Shown piece by piece: positions 1 through 37,080 of a stretch of 64,000 bases of DNA. The notes under the pieces are model-generated. The model saw only the letters and a program-made list of their open reading frames with translations. It ran no database searches and was not told where the DNA came from. The DNA comes from the human T2T-CHM13v2.0 reference genome, Homo sapiens: the NCBI RefSeq assembly GCF_009914755.1, contig NC_060933.1. One strand, 5' to 3'. The translations under genes and the position numbers were made by a program. Position 1 is the stretch's first letter; each line of letters begins with the position of its first letter.

Positions 1-175
1 ATGGAGGTTGCAGTCAGCTGAGATCACGCCACTGCACTCCAGCCTGGGCGATGGAGTGAGAATCTGTCTTTAAAAAAAAAAAAAAAAAAAAAAAAGGTTT
101 AACTCTCTAACTGCCCAGTAACTGAAAAACCCAGTCGCACTGGCCTAGCATAGAAATACGACTGTGCGCTACTCA

Positions 176-439
<264 letters not shown>

Positions 440-1053
440 CTATGCTTCTGGATTCAGGACATAGCAGCAGCCTCTCAGGTAGGGAGATGCTCAGGCTGTG
501 GGAGGGCCTGAACTAGGACTGGAAAGCTATCTGGGATGGAAGCTGTTGCTCTTCCAGTCTCCGGAGCCATGTTCTCCACCTCTGCTTCCCTCTGCACAGA
601 CTCCATTCTCTCCCTGCAGGTGGAGTTTTCAGTGTGTAGGGAAAGCTGGCTCTTGAACGCCTCCTGGAGTTCCCCACACCTCTTGTTCCAGCCACATGGC
701 AGAGACTGAGCTGCCTTTGAATGTGCATTTCACACTTGAGGGAATCCACCTGGCTGTTTGGATCATGCGCCCATCTGCGAGTCCCTCAGCTGTGGCCAGG
801 GTCACATGGTACCACTGTGGCTGGCAACCCCACCCTAAGGAGACAGGGCACATTTGCCAGGAGTGAGGACCTGGGAAGATCCCCTGCCCTGCTGTAAGCT
901 TCATGAGGGCAGGGCCTATCTTGCTGTCACCATATCCCTAGTACCTATCACCGAGTAGGCCATTACAGATGCCTTATTACTATCTGAGCCTGGGGCCATC
1001 ATCTGCTTTCTTAACTGGGCTGTCTTTCCCCCTCTCTCCATCGCTTATCCCAG

Positions 1054-1148
1054 AGGCTACAGTGTGGATGAACTGGAGGACCACATTACCCAGCTTCACG
1101 AGTACAATGACATCAAGGATGTGGGGCAGATGCTGATGGGCAAACTAG
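1054..1148 (+). CDS. SWI5: SWI5 homologous recombination repair protein, penultimate coding exon
   Basis: cag acceptor at 1051-1053; reads (E)GYSVDELEDHITQLHEYNDIKDVGQMLMGKL, containing the Swi5/Sae3 LHEYNDIKD motif; donor gtgagt at 1149. Confidence 0.95.
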
Positions 1149-1978
1149 GTGAGTAGTTGGGACTCCAGAGCCACAAGCAGGCATCATAGGGTGTCGTCTC
1201 GCCTAGGGGTGTTGGGTTTTGCTCCTGGGCCTCCCAGCTTGCCAACCGTCACACCCTCAGCAGTTGGCCTGCTCCTAGGCTGCCCCAGCCCCTCTCCTGA
1301 CCAGCCTCTGGTCTCCCTGGCCACCTAGGTTTGTTCCTCAAGTACAGAACCTGCTTTGGAGCCGCAGCCAGGTTTGAGCGGGGCTTGCCCATCTGCCAGA
1401 CTGAGAACTCAGGGTCTCCCCAGTCTTCTGGGACCTACTCAGAGTGATCAAGATACCGTCCATGCCTCAAGTGGCTAGCTTGCTAAAGAGGCTGCAAGTG
1501 CAAGGGTGACCCTTTGTGTCTTAAGGAAGTATTTTGTTTCCTCCCTGAACAAAATCTTGCTATCTAGAGGGCTTTAGCCGAGGCACCAACACCTGTATGT
1601 CATGCTGGCTAGGACAGCCTACCTTGGAGGTGAGGAAATGTGCAGGCGGCCCCTACAAACCCTTCAGTTCCATCCCCTGGCTTGGAGTGCTGGGTACTCT
1701 GATGTTCAGCAGCCAGTGACTGCTGGGGTAGTGTTCAGAGCTGGGCTGTCTGCCCAGTTGCTGCGTGAGTTTTGGCACTTGTTGCAGAAATGCCTTCAGC
1801 ATCCAGGATTCCACGGCAGGGAGGGCTTCTCTGTGTTTCACTGGACGATGGGCCCCAGAGGAGGAGAGGAAAAAACTGGAGGTGGGAACTATAGATGGAT
1901 GAAAAGAGCGGGGTGATCAGGGCCCAAGAAGATGGGGGTGTGAGGGGAGTGTAGCCTAGTGGTTAAGAACACAAGCTC

Positions 1979-2974
<996 letters not shown>

Positions 2975-2984
2975 ATCCTTTTTG

Positions 2985-3420
2985 TTTATTCAGTGAACAT
3001 TTACTGAGCAGCTGCTCTGTGCCCAGCACTCTACAGAGTGCTGAGGACACTTGGGTGAACCAGACAATTTAAAGTCTCTTGCTCTCATGTGGTTTGTTTT
3101 CCTGTTAGGGGTGGAGGAATGCCCAGGAAGTCAGTGGACTCAGCAGTTAATTACAAAATGTGTTAGGTGCTATGAAGGCGACAAAGGGCAGAGATGGGGA
3201 GAATATTGAGGTATGAACAGAGGGGCGGTGGGGGTAAGATAGGTGTTCAGGGGAGGCCTCTGAGGAGAACCCTTCCTCAGGAGAAAGGACCAGTCTTTGT
3301 GGAGAACAGAGGAGGAATAGCATCATGGAGGCTGCAGAGGGGCAAACTCGAGCAGTGGGCCATACTGAGGAGTCTGGAATGTTCAGCAGGCACAGCATAC
3401 AATCAGCTTACATTTGAAGC
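2985..3420 (-). mobile_element. L2 fragment
   Basis: ttattcagtgaacatttactgagc...tgtgcccagcact is the typical L2 3' end in reverse orientation. Confidence 0.6.
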
Positions 3421-3766
3421 AGATGAATCCAGCAGCTCTGTGTGGAGAATGGAATCGAGGAAGCTCTGTTTCATTCCTCTGCAAAATGGGGTGAGGGTCC
3501 AAGGAGTCCTTGTAGGTCCATTGTTGAATACAGTGGCTGGCACATGGCAGAGCTCCAGCGTGGCCAGGTGGGGCCCGTGGGGGACAGCCTGGAAGGAGTA
3601 GCAGGGAGCTTACCTTGGCCAGTTAGGCAAGGCACAAGTGTGGGGACTGGCTTGAAGCCAGAGGTGGTCCTGGGTGGGTCAGGGCAGTGACACTGGCTCG
3701 GGGCATTGGCTGTACTCCCTCCCACCTCTCCCCACTGCACATTCAGCCTGCCTTCCTTCCTTTCAG

Positions 3767-3831
3767 CTGTGATCCGAGGTGTCACCACCAAAGAGTTGTA
3801 TCCAGAGTTTGGGCTGGACATGAATGACTGA
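3767..3831 (+). CDS. SWI5: SWI5 last coding exon
   Basis: Polypyrimidine tract plus cag at 3764-3766; phase matches previous exon; AVIRGVTTKELYPEFGLDMND-stop. Confidence 0.95.
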
Positions 3832-4082
3832 GCAGGCTCATCGCCCCTTGTCCACAGCTCCCAGGGACAGAAGGGTGTGGACATGATAAACACTGAGAGC
3901 CCAACCAGCACACCTACAGAGTTTCCAGCGAGACAATGCCAGAAGCACTTTTCTAGAGAGCCCAAGCCCAATCAGGAGGAGGCTAGAGAAGAGGCGGGCA
4001 GGGAGGAAGGGGCGTTCCCAGCTCCAAGGTTCCTGAAATGTCGCAGTGATACTTGTGTAGGGGTACATGTACTTTATTTGTC

Positions 4083-4088
4083 AATAAA
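4083..4088 (+). terminator. SWI5 polyadenylation signal AATAAA
   Basis: First AATAAA about 250 nt after the stop codon, with upstream TGTA elements. Confidence 0.8.
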
Positions 4089-4169
4089 CGTATCTGTACA
4101 CTGATTCCCTCTTCTCCAATAGCCCCCGATAGTACCTGGGATAAAGAGAGCGTGCCTTTGATTAGAACA

Positions 4170-4390
4170 GGCTTACATGAGCCAGGCATTGTGCTAAGTG
4201 CTTTATATCCATTGTCTCTGATGCTTAAAATCATCCTGTGAGGAATTAGCATAATTATCCCCATCTTACAGATGAAGACGTTGAGGCTCAGAGAGGAGAC
4301 AAAGTGACTTGCCCAAGGTCACACAGCTAGTAAGTGGCAGAACAGGGATTTGAGCTCAGGTCAGACTCAAGCTCGTGCTTTGCAATACTG
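4170..4390 (-). mobile_element. MIR
   Basis: ccccatcttacagatgaagacgttgaggctcagagag...gtgacttgcccaaggtcacacagctagtaagtggcag MIR core. Confidence 0.85.
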
Positions 4391-4430
4391 CCTTTCTGGG
4401 CTGGGAAGAAGCAGGCAAGAGCTTAGAGTG

Positions 4431-7248
<2,818 letters not shown>

Positions 7249-7776
7249 TCACCAGGGTAATTAGCATTAGCCGACTCAGCAAACCACCACAAAACCTCTG
7301 TGGCTGAACACAATAAAGGTATGTTTGTCTCAGAGTCTAATGAGGGTCTGGTAGCCCTCCTCTATTTTGAGCTATACCATCAGAACATGTGGCCACCAGA
7401 GTGACCACAGCAGGGGAAGAGAGAGATGAAGACACATCAACTCCAAACCAACTCCCCCATATTTGGGAGACATAACTTCTACTCACAGCTCCTTGTCTAT
7501 AACTAGTCACTTGGCCCAAACTAACCAAGAGGGAGGCTGGGAAATAAGAATGAGCACACAGATCTTTCACAGGGAGTCAGCTACAAGGACCCATCTCCAA
7601 AGGGTGCTTTGAGTATTTGGTGGGCAACTGCCCACAACCGGGCTCCTAGGGTTGTGCTAGACAGCGACTCATTACCCCCACACCCTGCCATCAAGTGTCC
7701 CATGCTTGTACTCTGGTCCTGGTCCAGACTTCAGACACTCTTCTGCATCTATCAGCTCTTCTAGATTAAACACACA

Positions 7777-9409
<1,633 letters not shown>

Positions 9410-10020
9410 TGAGCCCTTCCTTGAGGTTTTCTCACCTTACACCATGTTCTCTATGTGGAGAGCTGGCTGGTCTTGCCTCTTCCTACACAAAAAAACTGTC
9501 AGGGCCAGGTGCTGGGGAGCCCCAGTCTCTGGGTCCCTGCCACACAGTGCTCACCTGCCAGCGGGAGGTCAGAGACTCAAGCAGCCACGACAATACAGAT
9601 AAAATGCTGCCACAGGGTTATGGAAGCATGTTGGAGCTGCATCCAACCAATATGGGACACTGGGAAACTTCCCAGGGGAAGAGACATCCATGTCTGTCCA
9701 GTAGGAGGCAGCCAGGTAAGAATGTGGGAGAGGGCTGCCTGCCTGTAATCCCAGCACTTTGGGAGGCTGAGGCGGGCGGATCACCTGAGGTCAGGAGTTC
9801 GAGACCAGCCTGGGCAACATGGCAAAACCCCGTCTCTACTAAAAATACAAAAATTAGCCGGGCATGGTGGCACACATCTGTAATCCCAGCTTCTCAGGAG
9901 GCTGAGGCAAGAGAATCACTTGAACCTGGGTGGCAGAGGTTGCGGTGAGCCAAGATGGCACCACTGCACTCCAGCCTAAGCAACAGAGTGAGCCTCTGTC
10001 TCAAAAAAAAAAAAAAAAAA

Positions 10021-10335
<315 letters not shown>

Positions 10336-11111
10336 TGTGGGAGAGTATTCCAGAGGCAGAAAACTTAGTTGGCCCAGGACACAAAGGGATTTGGTCTCGT
10401 TGAAAGGTGATCAGGGATGGTGATTTGCAGGTTGTGTCCACTTGGATTCTTGGTGCATGATGAAAGTCTCCCCCAAACACAATCGTAACCCAGCTCTGCA
10501 TTTTGGTTCAATCTTGAGGCACCCAGGGAGGACACTTGGAAGGAAAGCATCCACCTTGGTCTGTTTCTCTTGTGTGAGCTCAGCTCTCCCAGGTGTCATA
10601 GTGGGCACGGCCTCGAGGGGGCAGTGTCCACTCAGAGATGTGCCCAACTGCCCTGGGAAGCAAGCCCTGGGAGGGCCTTGTTGGAAAGGTTCCAGCCTGC
10701 CAGGCCAGATTCACGAAGGCTGAATCCTCAGAACACATAGAAGAGGGGGTTCTCTGGCAGCACCCCTCTCAGGAGTTTGAAGCAACCAGGGGCAGTAAGG
10801 AGCAAGCAGCTGCGAGATGTGGATTCCTCAGGCCGTGCCCCCATGTGCTGGAAAACAGGTGGCAGAGGTTACTCTGCCTGGTGTGTACACATACATGGTT
10901 TGTTTGATCATATCCGGTATAAACCCTACTCGAAAATATTTGTCATCCGGCACCTACGGAGTTCAAAATACTAACACAGTACAGCCTGCACTGTTGTCCC
11001 TGGGGACTGAAAGGGGTCATTTTTGGGTGGCCTGACAGAAATGTGTCACAGAGCAGTGTCGCCAAATAGTGCCCCACTCTAGTTTTGCTCAGAAGGGGCC
11101 ACATCAGCTGG

Positions 11112-15105
<3,994 letters not shown>

Positions 15106-15659
15106 AAGTGCTCAGAGGATAGGGTTAGTCAGGGACTAACAGAATGTTTCAGAGGAAATCAAGATATTGATGATATGGTGGCAGGGATGGTTTTTTTATT
15201 TGTTTTTTAAACTATGGCCAAACAGAAAGCTCAGCAGGCCATGTCATGGAGATAGACCATGTAGACATAGGCCAGGCTGGTAGCTTCACCTTACCTGGCC
15301 TTAGTTTCTTCACCCATAAAATAGGTCATATCACGCCTGCTGTAGTCACTTCTGAAGGGTTCATCTGTATGGACACTGATTTAATGACTGTAAAGTTGTA
15401 GGTAAAATGTCAGCTCATTAGTACGACTGACACTTTGTGTGTCCCAAGCATATTCCTGGCCCTGGGGGAATGCAAGGTTGTTATAGCTTAAAGTAGGACT
15501 TCAATGAGCTGACATTCCAGGTGCCTGGGAGGGCTGCTGCAGTGGGGTCTGAGGAGGGCTGGGGATGAGTAGAGAGGGGGCACTTAAGAGAGGGAAGTGG
15601 GCTGGGGAGAGTAGAAGGGAAAGCTGACCTTGAAAGCTGCAGTTAGGTAGGCATTGGCA

Positions 15660-19745
<4,086 letters not shown>

Positions 19746-19833
19746 AGAGCTTTTGTTTTGTTTTTATGGTTTTTATGTGGGTGTGATAAAATGTGCATAA
19801 TGTAAAATTTATCATTTTAGCCTTTTTTTTTTA

Positions 19834-20103
<270 letters not shown>

Positions 20104-20479
20104 TTATTTTCTTGCCTGATCCCCCTACGTCATAATCTCTGTGAGACCTAGAGCCTCATCTGTCCTTGAGTACCAAGTCCCAGCACCCAGAGCAGTGGCT
20201 GGCCTACAGGAGCACGCGATTAACACACGTGGGTGGGATGAAAGACAATGAGCAAGTGAGTGTCGTTTTAATCCCCATTTTATAGATAGGTGACAGCTTC
20301 AGAGGCCACATTACCCAGTCAGTAAACACAGTAAGCTGAGGTTCCACCCAGGCCCTTTGGCTGTGAAAGCCAAGATGAGTAGCCTGGGGGCCACGCCCCT
20401 CCCCCAGGTGCCCAGTTCATACAGGCAGGCAATTGGCAGACGTGGGGGCCTGTGGATTTGTCAGCAAGGTTGCTGGTGG

Positions 20480-24059
<3,580 letters not shown>

Positions 24060-24244
24060 TCATTTCTGGCTTACTAGCCATTTGGATTTCTTCTGATACA
24101 CACTTCATCTCATTTGCCTAATTTTGTCGTTGTCTTCTTATTGCTTTCTAAGGGCTCTCTGTATACTATGGATATTAGTCCTTGGTTAATGACACTGCAA
24201 ATACTTACAATTTTTTTTAATTTTTAATTTTCGTGGGCACATAG

Positions 24245-24250
24245 TTTATT
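24245..24250 (-). terminator. TRUB2 proximal polyadenylation signal AATAAA
   Basis: tttatt on + strand about 400 nt past the TRUB2 stop. Confidence 0.65.
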
Positions 24251-24255
24251 GAGAA

Positions 24256-24426
24256 TTTTTTTTTTTTTGAGATGGCAGGGGTCTCATATGTTCCCCAGAC
24301 TAGAGTGCAGTGGCTATTCACAGGCGCCGTCTAGCGCACTACAACCTTAAACTCCTGGGCTCAAGCAATTCTCCTGCCTCAGCCTTGGGAGTAGCTGGGA
24401 TTACAAGTGCCCGCCACCACGCCTGG
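24256..24426 (-). mobile_element. FAM (fossil Alu monomer, 7SL-derived) in TRUB2 3' UTR
   Basis: Monomer retaining the 7SL-like segment gtgcagtggctattcacaggcg...gcgcactaca that dimeric Alus lack. Confidence 0.75.
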
Positions 24427-24651
24427 TCTGCCAATACTTTCTATCAGTCTGTCATGTTTACTGTCTTTTCCTCCATACAGAAGTTTTTCCTTCTCAGTTG
24501 GGTCAAGTCCATTGACCTTTCTGTTACAGCTTGAGTTTTGTGTCTTACGTAGAAAAGGTGCCCCTGCTCTCACTTTCTGCACAGCTATCAGGTCCAGCTC
24601 ATAGCAGTTCTTCTATTTATCCATCCACTGCCCCAGGAGCTGCCTGGGCAT

Positions 24652-24977
24652 TCACTGCCCCGCACCCCTCTCCAGCCCCAAGGTAGAGCTCGGGCCCTGG
24701 GAGTCCCAGGACCATCCCGGACTGGGGAGCTGCTTGGTGTCCAGCCCCGGGCTCAAGCTCTTCTCCAGCTCTGCAGCTACCTGAGGGGTAGCAGCCCGGA
24801 TAGCATCCTGGATGTTGGTTAGGTCCCACTGGGTCCTCAGGAGGGCACTGTCTAGCGTGAAGAAGCCGTCGCGCGTGCGCCGCACTTGGGTGCAGACAGC
24901 AGTGGTCTTTAGTTCCAGGCCGATTTCATGAACCAACTTCCGCAGCTCTTTCTGCGTCTCATGCATGCACTGCACCT
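24652..24977 (-). CDS. TRUB2: TRUB2 mitochondrial pseudouridine synthase, exon 8 (last)
   Basis: cag acceptor; EVQCMHETQKELRKLVHEIGLELKTTAVCTQVRRTRDGFF...LERGAGQ-stop; TruB-family C-terminal motif. Confidence 0.96.
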
Positions 24978-25145
24978 CTGCCAGGGACACACAATGACAG
25001 ACATGGTGGTGAGAGCACAGCCTCTAGTGTGTGGTTGTGAACGCACACCCCTTGGATACCTCCTAGGTGTGTAACAACCTTAGCAAGACCCCTAAGCTCT
25101 CCAGGTTGTGCTATTCAGAGGACCTGCCCTGTGGGTGCCACCTGA

Positions 25146-25337
<192 letters not shown>

Positions 25338-25988
25338 TGAGCCATCACAACTGGCTAATTTTTTATTTTTTGTAGAGACAGGGTCTCGCCATCTTGCCCA
25401 GGTTAGAACCTGCCTTTTACTAAGACTCGGTTTCCCTATCTGTAAAATGGGAGTTATGAGGAGTAAAAGAAATCATTTATAGAAAGATAAATGATTATCT
25501 TTAAAATGTTATTAAGATGTTATCTTAATAACAGAGTTCTGTGCTCAAGCAGAGGAGCAGGCATTAACATGACCAACAGAAAAAAGGGGCGGGCGCAGGC
25601 AGAGACAAAAGGAACACAGATAAGAGGGGCCTGAGCTGGGTGGGACTGGGGACGTAAGAGTTGTGTCTGATGGAGCCCTCACAGCTTCAAACATGGGCAG
25701 CTCTGGAAATAAGCCACTAAATATAACCTTTGCTTGGTAAGGTCTGGCTTCCAAGGGTGACTTGGCAAGAGATAGGAGAGCTTTTGTTCTGCGAGCTCTG
25801 TCATCAGCCAAGTCCAGGCCAGGGCTGGGAAGGAAGTCGGCACCTGATGCCTTGGCCCGCAGAGATCAGGGCCGGCGTGTGCTGGCCTCAGCTGAGCCAG
25901 ACAACAGTGACCTCTGCAAGAGCGTTCCTGAGTGACTCCCAAACCTACGGGTCCCATCTCACTGCTCCAACTTCCTTGGCCAACCTAC

Positions 25989-26125
25989 CTAAGAGGAATT
26001 CCGGAGGTGCAAAGTAGAGGCATCGGATGCCAGTTATCAGCATCGGGGACTTGTTCATGGGCCGGATCAGGCCTCTCACGGCCATCTCATAGGCCTCCTG
26101 GGTCTTCAGGTCGAGGTTGGAGTAC
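25989..26125 (-). CDS. TRUB2: TRUB2 exon 7
   Basis: AG/GT boundaries, 137 nt, YSNLDLKTQEAYEMAVRG...PPEFLL. Confidence 0.95.
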
Positions 26126-26617
26126 CTGCAGATCAGGAAGGGGGCTGCAGCTGGGTGGCCCACCTACCCTTTCCCCCACATGAGGTGCCTCTCTGGAAGC
26201 TCCTCACTTGCTTTGTGTGCCCTGCCACCGTGGCTCCTCCAGCCACCTTTCCTGCCCTCCTTCATCACCAGGTGCCTGGTAGAGTCAGGAAACCCAGGCA
26301 AGCTGGCTCCAGAGCCCAAGCTCTTAACTCCTTGGCTGCTCTTGCCCTTGGGCTCTGTGCTCCAATGATGTGGTCCCTGGTTTCCTTGCCATTAGATCAT
26401 ATACTCTCAGCAGGACAGCTTGGTTCTCTTGCTCTTCTTGGCCTCCCGTTGGCCAACCCAAGACCTGGCACACAGAACCATTTCTTAATGCCAAGAAAGA
26501 AACAGGTAGCTCCCGTCTGGTTCTGGGCTCTAAAAACAAGATCCATGGAATCTGCCCCAGGTTTGGGGGAGCCTACGGGAGCCAAGGGCACTTACTGCTC
26601 TCCCAGTACCTCCCTGA

Positions 26618-28732
<2,115 letters not shown>

Positions 28733-28909
28733 CTAGGCAAGCAGGGGAGTAGAGGATGCTCCTGGAGCACAGATCCCGTGGCCAAAGCCTCAGCCCAAGC
28801 CTAGTGTGTGCAGTGGAACTGAGAAGGGGCCAGCGTGGCCTAGGGCGGGGAGAGGACTCAGGGAAAGCAAATGCGGAGGGAGGCAGCGGCAGCCACTTCC
28901 GGTTCTCAC

Positions 28910-28991
28910 CATAGGTTGTCTTCTCTACCAGCCTCCCGTCCTCACGGAAGTCATCTGTAGCTTTGCCCAGGAGGCCACGCACTGTGTAATC
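28910..28991 (-). CDS. TRUB2: TRUB2 exon 5
   Basis: AG/GT boundaries, 82 nt, DYTVRGLLGKATDDFREDGRLVEKTTY (TruB K-x-Y...G-x-x-T-D motif). Confidence 0.95.
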
Positions 28992-29860
28992 CTTCAAGGA
29001 CAGGGAGGTAAAGATCCGTCAGTGACCCCATTCTAAGCCCTAGTAGCCCCTGCCCCAGAAGCTGGGGGTGGGGGGTCCTCAGGTCTCCCTCAGGAAGCTC
29101 ATGTGCCCAGCCCCTGCCCAGCTGCTCCACAGCCCCAGGAGGAAGGGCACCAGCTCTGTCATGTGGCCTTCAGCAGCTCTTGCTCTCTTTGTATTCAAGC
29201 TCTCCTGTCACCTGGGGACAGTAACAGGGCCAGTCTCACAGTACTGCTGCCTGGATTCAGCAGGACATGGTACCTGGCTCCCAGTCAGCAGGCTTCCTAC
29301 AAGACTGCTGGCTGGTTTCCATGACAACCAGCACTGGCAGCCTCCAAAGGTACTGACCGCTGACAGCCACCCTGTGGCCACCCCAGGCCTCCATGTTTCT
29401 CCTCTCCAACCTAACTCGGCAATTTATCACCCCGAGCCCCTTCTAGCATGCCCTGTAGGCTTCTCTCCACGCCTCTAAATAGAATGAGATTCCATGGCCC
29501 AGATCAGGCCCTTGCTCATCCCTGCTTGTAAAAACTCCCCCTCCTCTGAATCTGTGCAGCTAACCCCATCTGCCACAGATAAGTAATGATTGGCTGGATA
29601 CAGTGACTCACACGTATAATCCCAGCACTTTGGGAGACAGAGGCGGGTGGATCGTCGAGTAGCTGGGAGGACAGGCATGCGCCACCAGCCTGGCTAATTT
29701 TTTTGTATTTTTAGTAGAGACAGGTTTTCACCATGTTGTCCAGGCTGGTCTTGAACTCCTGGCCTCAAGTGACCCACCCACCTCAGCCTCCCAAAGTGGC
29801 AGGAGCCACTGAGCCCGGCCACAATTTTTAAAATTTTTATAATTTAAAAAAATTTTGTAA

Positions 29861-29998
<138 letters not shown>

Positions 29999-30668
29999 TG
30001 AGGAAACTGAGGCACACAGATATTAATTAGGTAATCTACCCAAGGACACACAGCTGTCAGAGTGGTAGAAGCTGGGGTTCAAACTGAAGCCATTTGGCTC
30101 CAGAATTTGTGCCCTTAACCACTAAAAACATGGGCCCCATAACGTGGCACCTGCGTACATACTTTGTGGTATCAGACTCCATAGCCCCGACCCCACCTCT
30201 GGATGGTAAGCTCCCTGTGGGTAGGATGCTGACATCTACCTCTCAGTCTTGGGACAGAATAGGGAATGGCATCATGATCAAGCTCTGGTGTTGGAGAGAC
30301 CTAGGTTCAAATCCCAGCTCTTAAAGCCCTAACAACTACATGACCTAGGTAAGTAACATCTCCTCTCTGAGCCTCAGTTCTCTCATCTGTGAAATGTGGC
30401 TAACAACAGATTCCACTTTACAGGGAGGCTGTGAGGCTTCCCTAAAGGAATCCACGTACAGTGCTCAGCACAGAGTAGTCGGCATACACTAACACTGGTA
30501 GTTATTATTGTTATTATTATTACAGCCCCTGCACAGCACACGATCATCAAAAAAATGCTTGCTTATGGCTTGGGTGTTCCCCCACGGAATCCTCTAAGCT
30601 TCAGAATCCTGCTGGTGACCCCCAGGAAAGGACCAAGGGAGAAGCAGGCTGTCCCCAGACCCTCGTAC

Positions 30669-30730
30669 CTTGGTAAGATGAGCATTGTACATATCGGTGA
30701 GGAGCCTGCATCCATGTCCCACGCCGAGCA
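30669..30730 (-). CDS. TRUB2: TRUB2 exon 4
   Basis: AG/GT boundaries, 62 nt, VLGVGHGCRLLTDMYNAHLTK. Confidence 0.95.
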
Positions 30731-31048
30731 CTGAAAAGCAGCCAGCGTCATCTCACACCTGGGACCCCCTTCCCATTCCCCTAAGTATCCCCACCCCTAC
30801 CCCCACCATCAGAATACTCCCTTTTCTGATGCTGCCAAAGGCAACAAGAAGGCAAAAAGATCTTCTACAGGGGGCAGGTGCACCCCTCTGGGTATATATC
30901 ACATGCAGATTGCTGGGCCTTACCCATATGCACTGAATCTGACTCATGGTTGGAGGGGGCCTAGGATCCCTGCCAAGCTCTCCACAGGATTCTGACACCT
31001 GAGAGGAAGAGATCCCTGGCCTAGTCACACAAACCTGCACTCAAATCA

Positions 31049-31279
<231 letters not shown>

Positions 31280-32253
31280 CTACACTACACTCCAGCTTGG
31301 GCAACAAGAGTGAGACTCCGTCTCACAAAAAAAAAAAAAAAAAATTAGCCAGGCGTGGTGGCGGGCACCTGTAATCCCACCTACTCGGGAGGCTAAGGCA
31401 GGGAGAATTGCTTGAACCCAGGAGGCGGAGGTTCCAGTGAGCCGAGATCATGCCATTGCACTCCAGCCTGGGAGACAGAGCAAGACTCTGTCTCAGGAAA
31501 AAAAAAAAATACTGATTCCTGTGGGTGCTGTGCAGTCGGCACAGAGGAAGGGCCCAATAAACGGTGGCCACTGTGGTCACTTCCTGCCTTTCTCCCGGTC
31601 TGTTTCTCCCTCTGGCTGAGGGACAGAATAACTCTGCATTCACTCGTGGGGAGACAGAACAGGGAGAGGGGGCATGAGATCATGTCTGCCTGCCTGTGCC
31701 TCAGGAAGCAAGACAAGGGGACTGTGACTGTCGCGGCTGGAGGATGTGGGCACCACCTGACCCTGGGGACACAGATGGCTCATGACTAGGGCTTTGTGTG
31801 TCCAGACCCAGCCACATGCAGGCCCTGGCCATTAGGTCCAGAGTCACGCGCCTGGCTGCCCCATGATGCAATGATGGTTTTCCTTCTCCGGACCAGGGGT
31901 ATTCACTGGCCATGGGACCCAGAACAAGTCACCTAAATCCTACTTTCTTCTTCCATAAAATCATATAGTATCTACCTAATAAAGTTGTTGTGGTAAATAA
32001 ATGTGCATAAAGGGCCTCGAACTATGTCATGTGTGGGAATCACTGAATAAAGGTGGGTGACTGTGGTATTAACCTGTGATTACCTCCGTCCCACCTATCC
32101 ACTCCCCAGCTGATCAGCCTTGGGGCAGGAATCAGGGCAGGAGAGGAGTGGTGGGACGTGGGTGCCAGGTAAGAAGTGGGCTGGGCTCCTGGTAGCTTCA
32201 GGATCTTTTCTCAAGCCTTATCACTGTACCCCCAGGCTTCTCACATCACCTAC

Positions 32254-32328
32254 CAAGTACTCCAGAAGCCTGGGCATCCAACCGATGTCCCACGCCAACC
32301 TTGAGATGGGCGAATGCTGGTCCACATA
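32254..32328 (-). CDS. TRUB2: TRUB2 exon 3 (catalytic Asp motif)
   Basis: AG/GT boundaries, 75 nt, VCGPAFAHLKVGVGHRLDAQASGVL; GHRLD matches TruB motif II. Confidence 0.95.
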
Positions 32329-33156
32329 CTGGAAAGAAACAAACAAGGTCCATTTTCTCAACTAAATGCCACCCCAGGATGGCTTTGGGCTGCATGTTGA
32401 CCTCGTTCTCAGAATGGGCCTCATGGAGCCCAAACTAGCATCAGGCCAGACTCTCAGGCTTCCCCGTCATGGAATCTGGGACCCTGAACTGTATCCTCAG
32501 TGCCCTGGGATCCAAAGGGCAGCCCAAGATGCCTCTTACTCTGCCTATCATCAGTCTCCCAGTGAGAGGCTCTAAGAAGACTGGCGTAACACTGAAGGTC
32601 AAGAGTGCGGGGTTCCCTGCCCAGCTCTACTGAGGAAGAGTCCCTGGAGGAAAATGGAGGCTGTGAGCTCCTTAAGGCAGAACCTGGGTGTGTCAACTCA
32701 CTAGCTGCTCAGGAAAGAACTACTGAAAGAATAAATGCAGGAATGAGCCAGAAGTGTTTACACTTCTACAGATTAAGAGGAATCTAGGGGAAGAGTCCAG
32801 GGTAGTTAAGGGCCTATTGAATCCAGGCCATGTTACTAAATGTCAACACTGAGCCTCAGTTTTCTCCCTTGTGAAATGAAAATAGGACCCATCTCACAGC
32901 ACTGTGGTGATATCAATGAGGATTGTACTTGGGGGAAGCTTAACACAATGCCTAGTACAGAGTGGCGACTCAATACATTATACTTCTTATTGTTACCATA
33001 TAATAGAGTCATTGAATATCACAAGTCCAACGGGTTTTTGAGGTTTCTGGTCAAACCTCTAGATTCCCTGACACATGCCTTAATCACATCTAGTGATGGG
33101 GACACATTACCAGAACCAGTTCCATTGTTGGGCAACTTTATTCAGTAAAAAAATCA

Positions 33157-36580
<3,424 letters not shown>

Positions 36581-36700
36581 TACCTCACTCCTCTGTGGAC
36601 CTTCAAGGGCCTGGCACAGGAATCTGAGCACTGGGACACTGACTCGGCTCAGGGATTTCCTGGGAAGTGACACACAGGATCCTGCTTAAATCTGCCTTAC

Positions 36701-36832
36701 CCAGTGGATGGTTGATGAAAGAGGGTACGCTGGTGGCTGTGAGGGTCAGCTCCTTCTCTTCGCTGCCTTCCATGGGGCCCAGCAAGAAGCGAACACGCTG
36801 TTTAGGAGCGGGAGGCTTCCTGGCATTGAGAC
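36701..36832 (-). CDS. TRUB2: TRUB2 exon 2
   Basis: AG/GT boundaries, 132 nt, GLNARKPPAPKQRVRFLLGP...FINHPL. Confidence 0.95.
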
Positions 36833-36921
36833 CTGAACACACAGAGATAATATATACACACATACATACAAATATATGTACATATAAAATATTTTTTAAG
36901 AGACAGGGCCTCGTTCTGTAG

Positions 36922-37080
<159 letters not shown>

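Noticed and set aside
122-168. Possible small-RNA (Y RNA/snRNA) fragment ending in a T-run on the - strand
   Set aside because: No match to Y, U or vault RNAs that I can recall; more likely an old LTR relic
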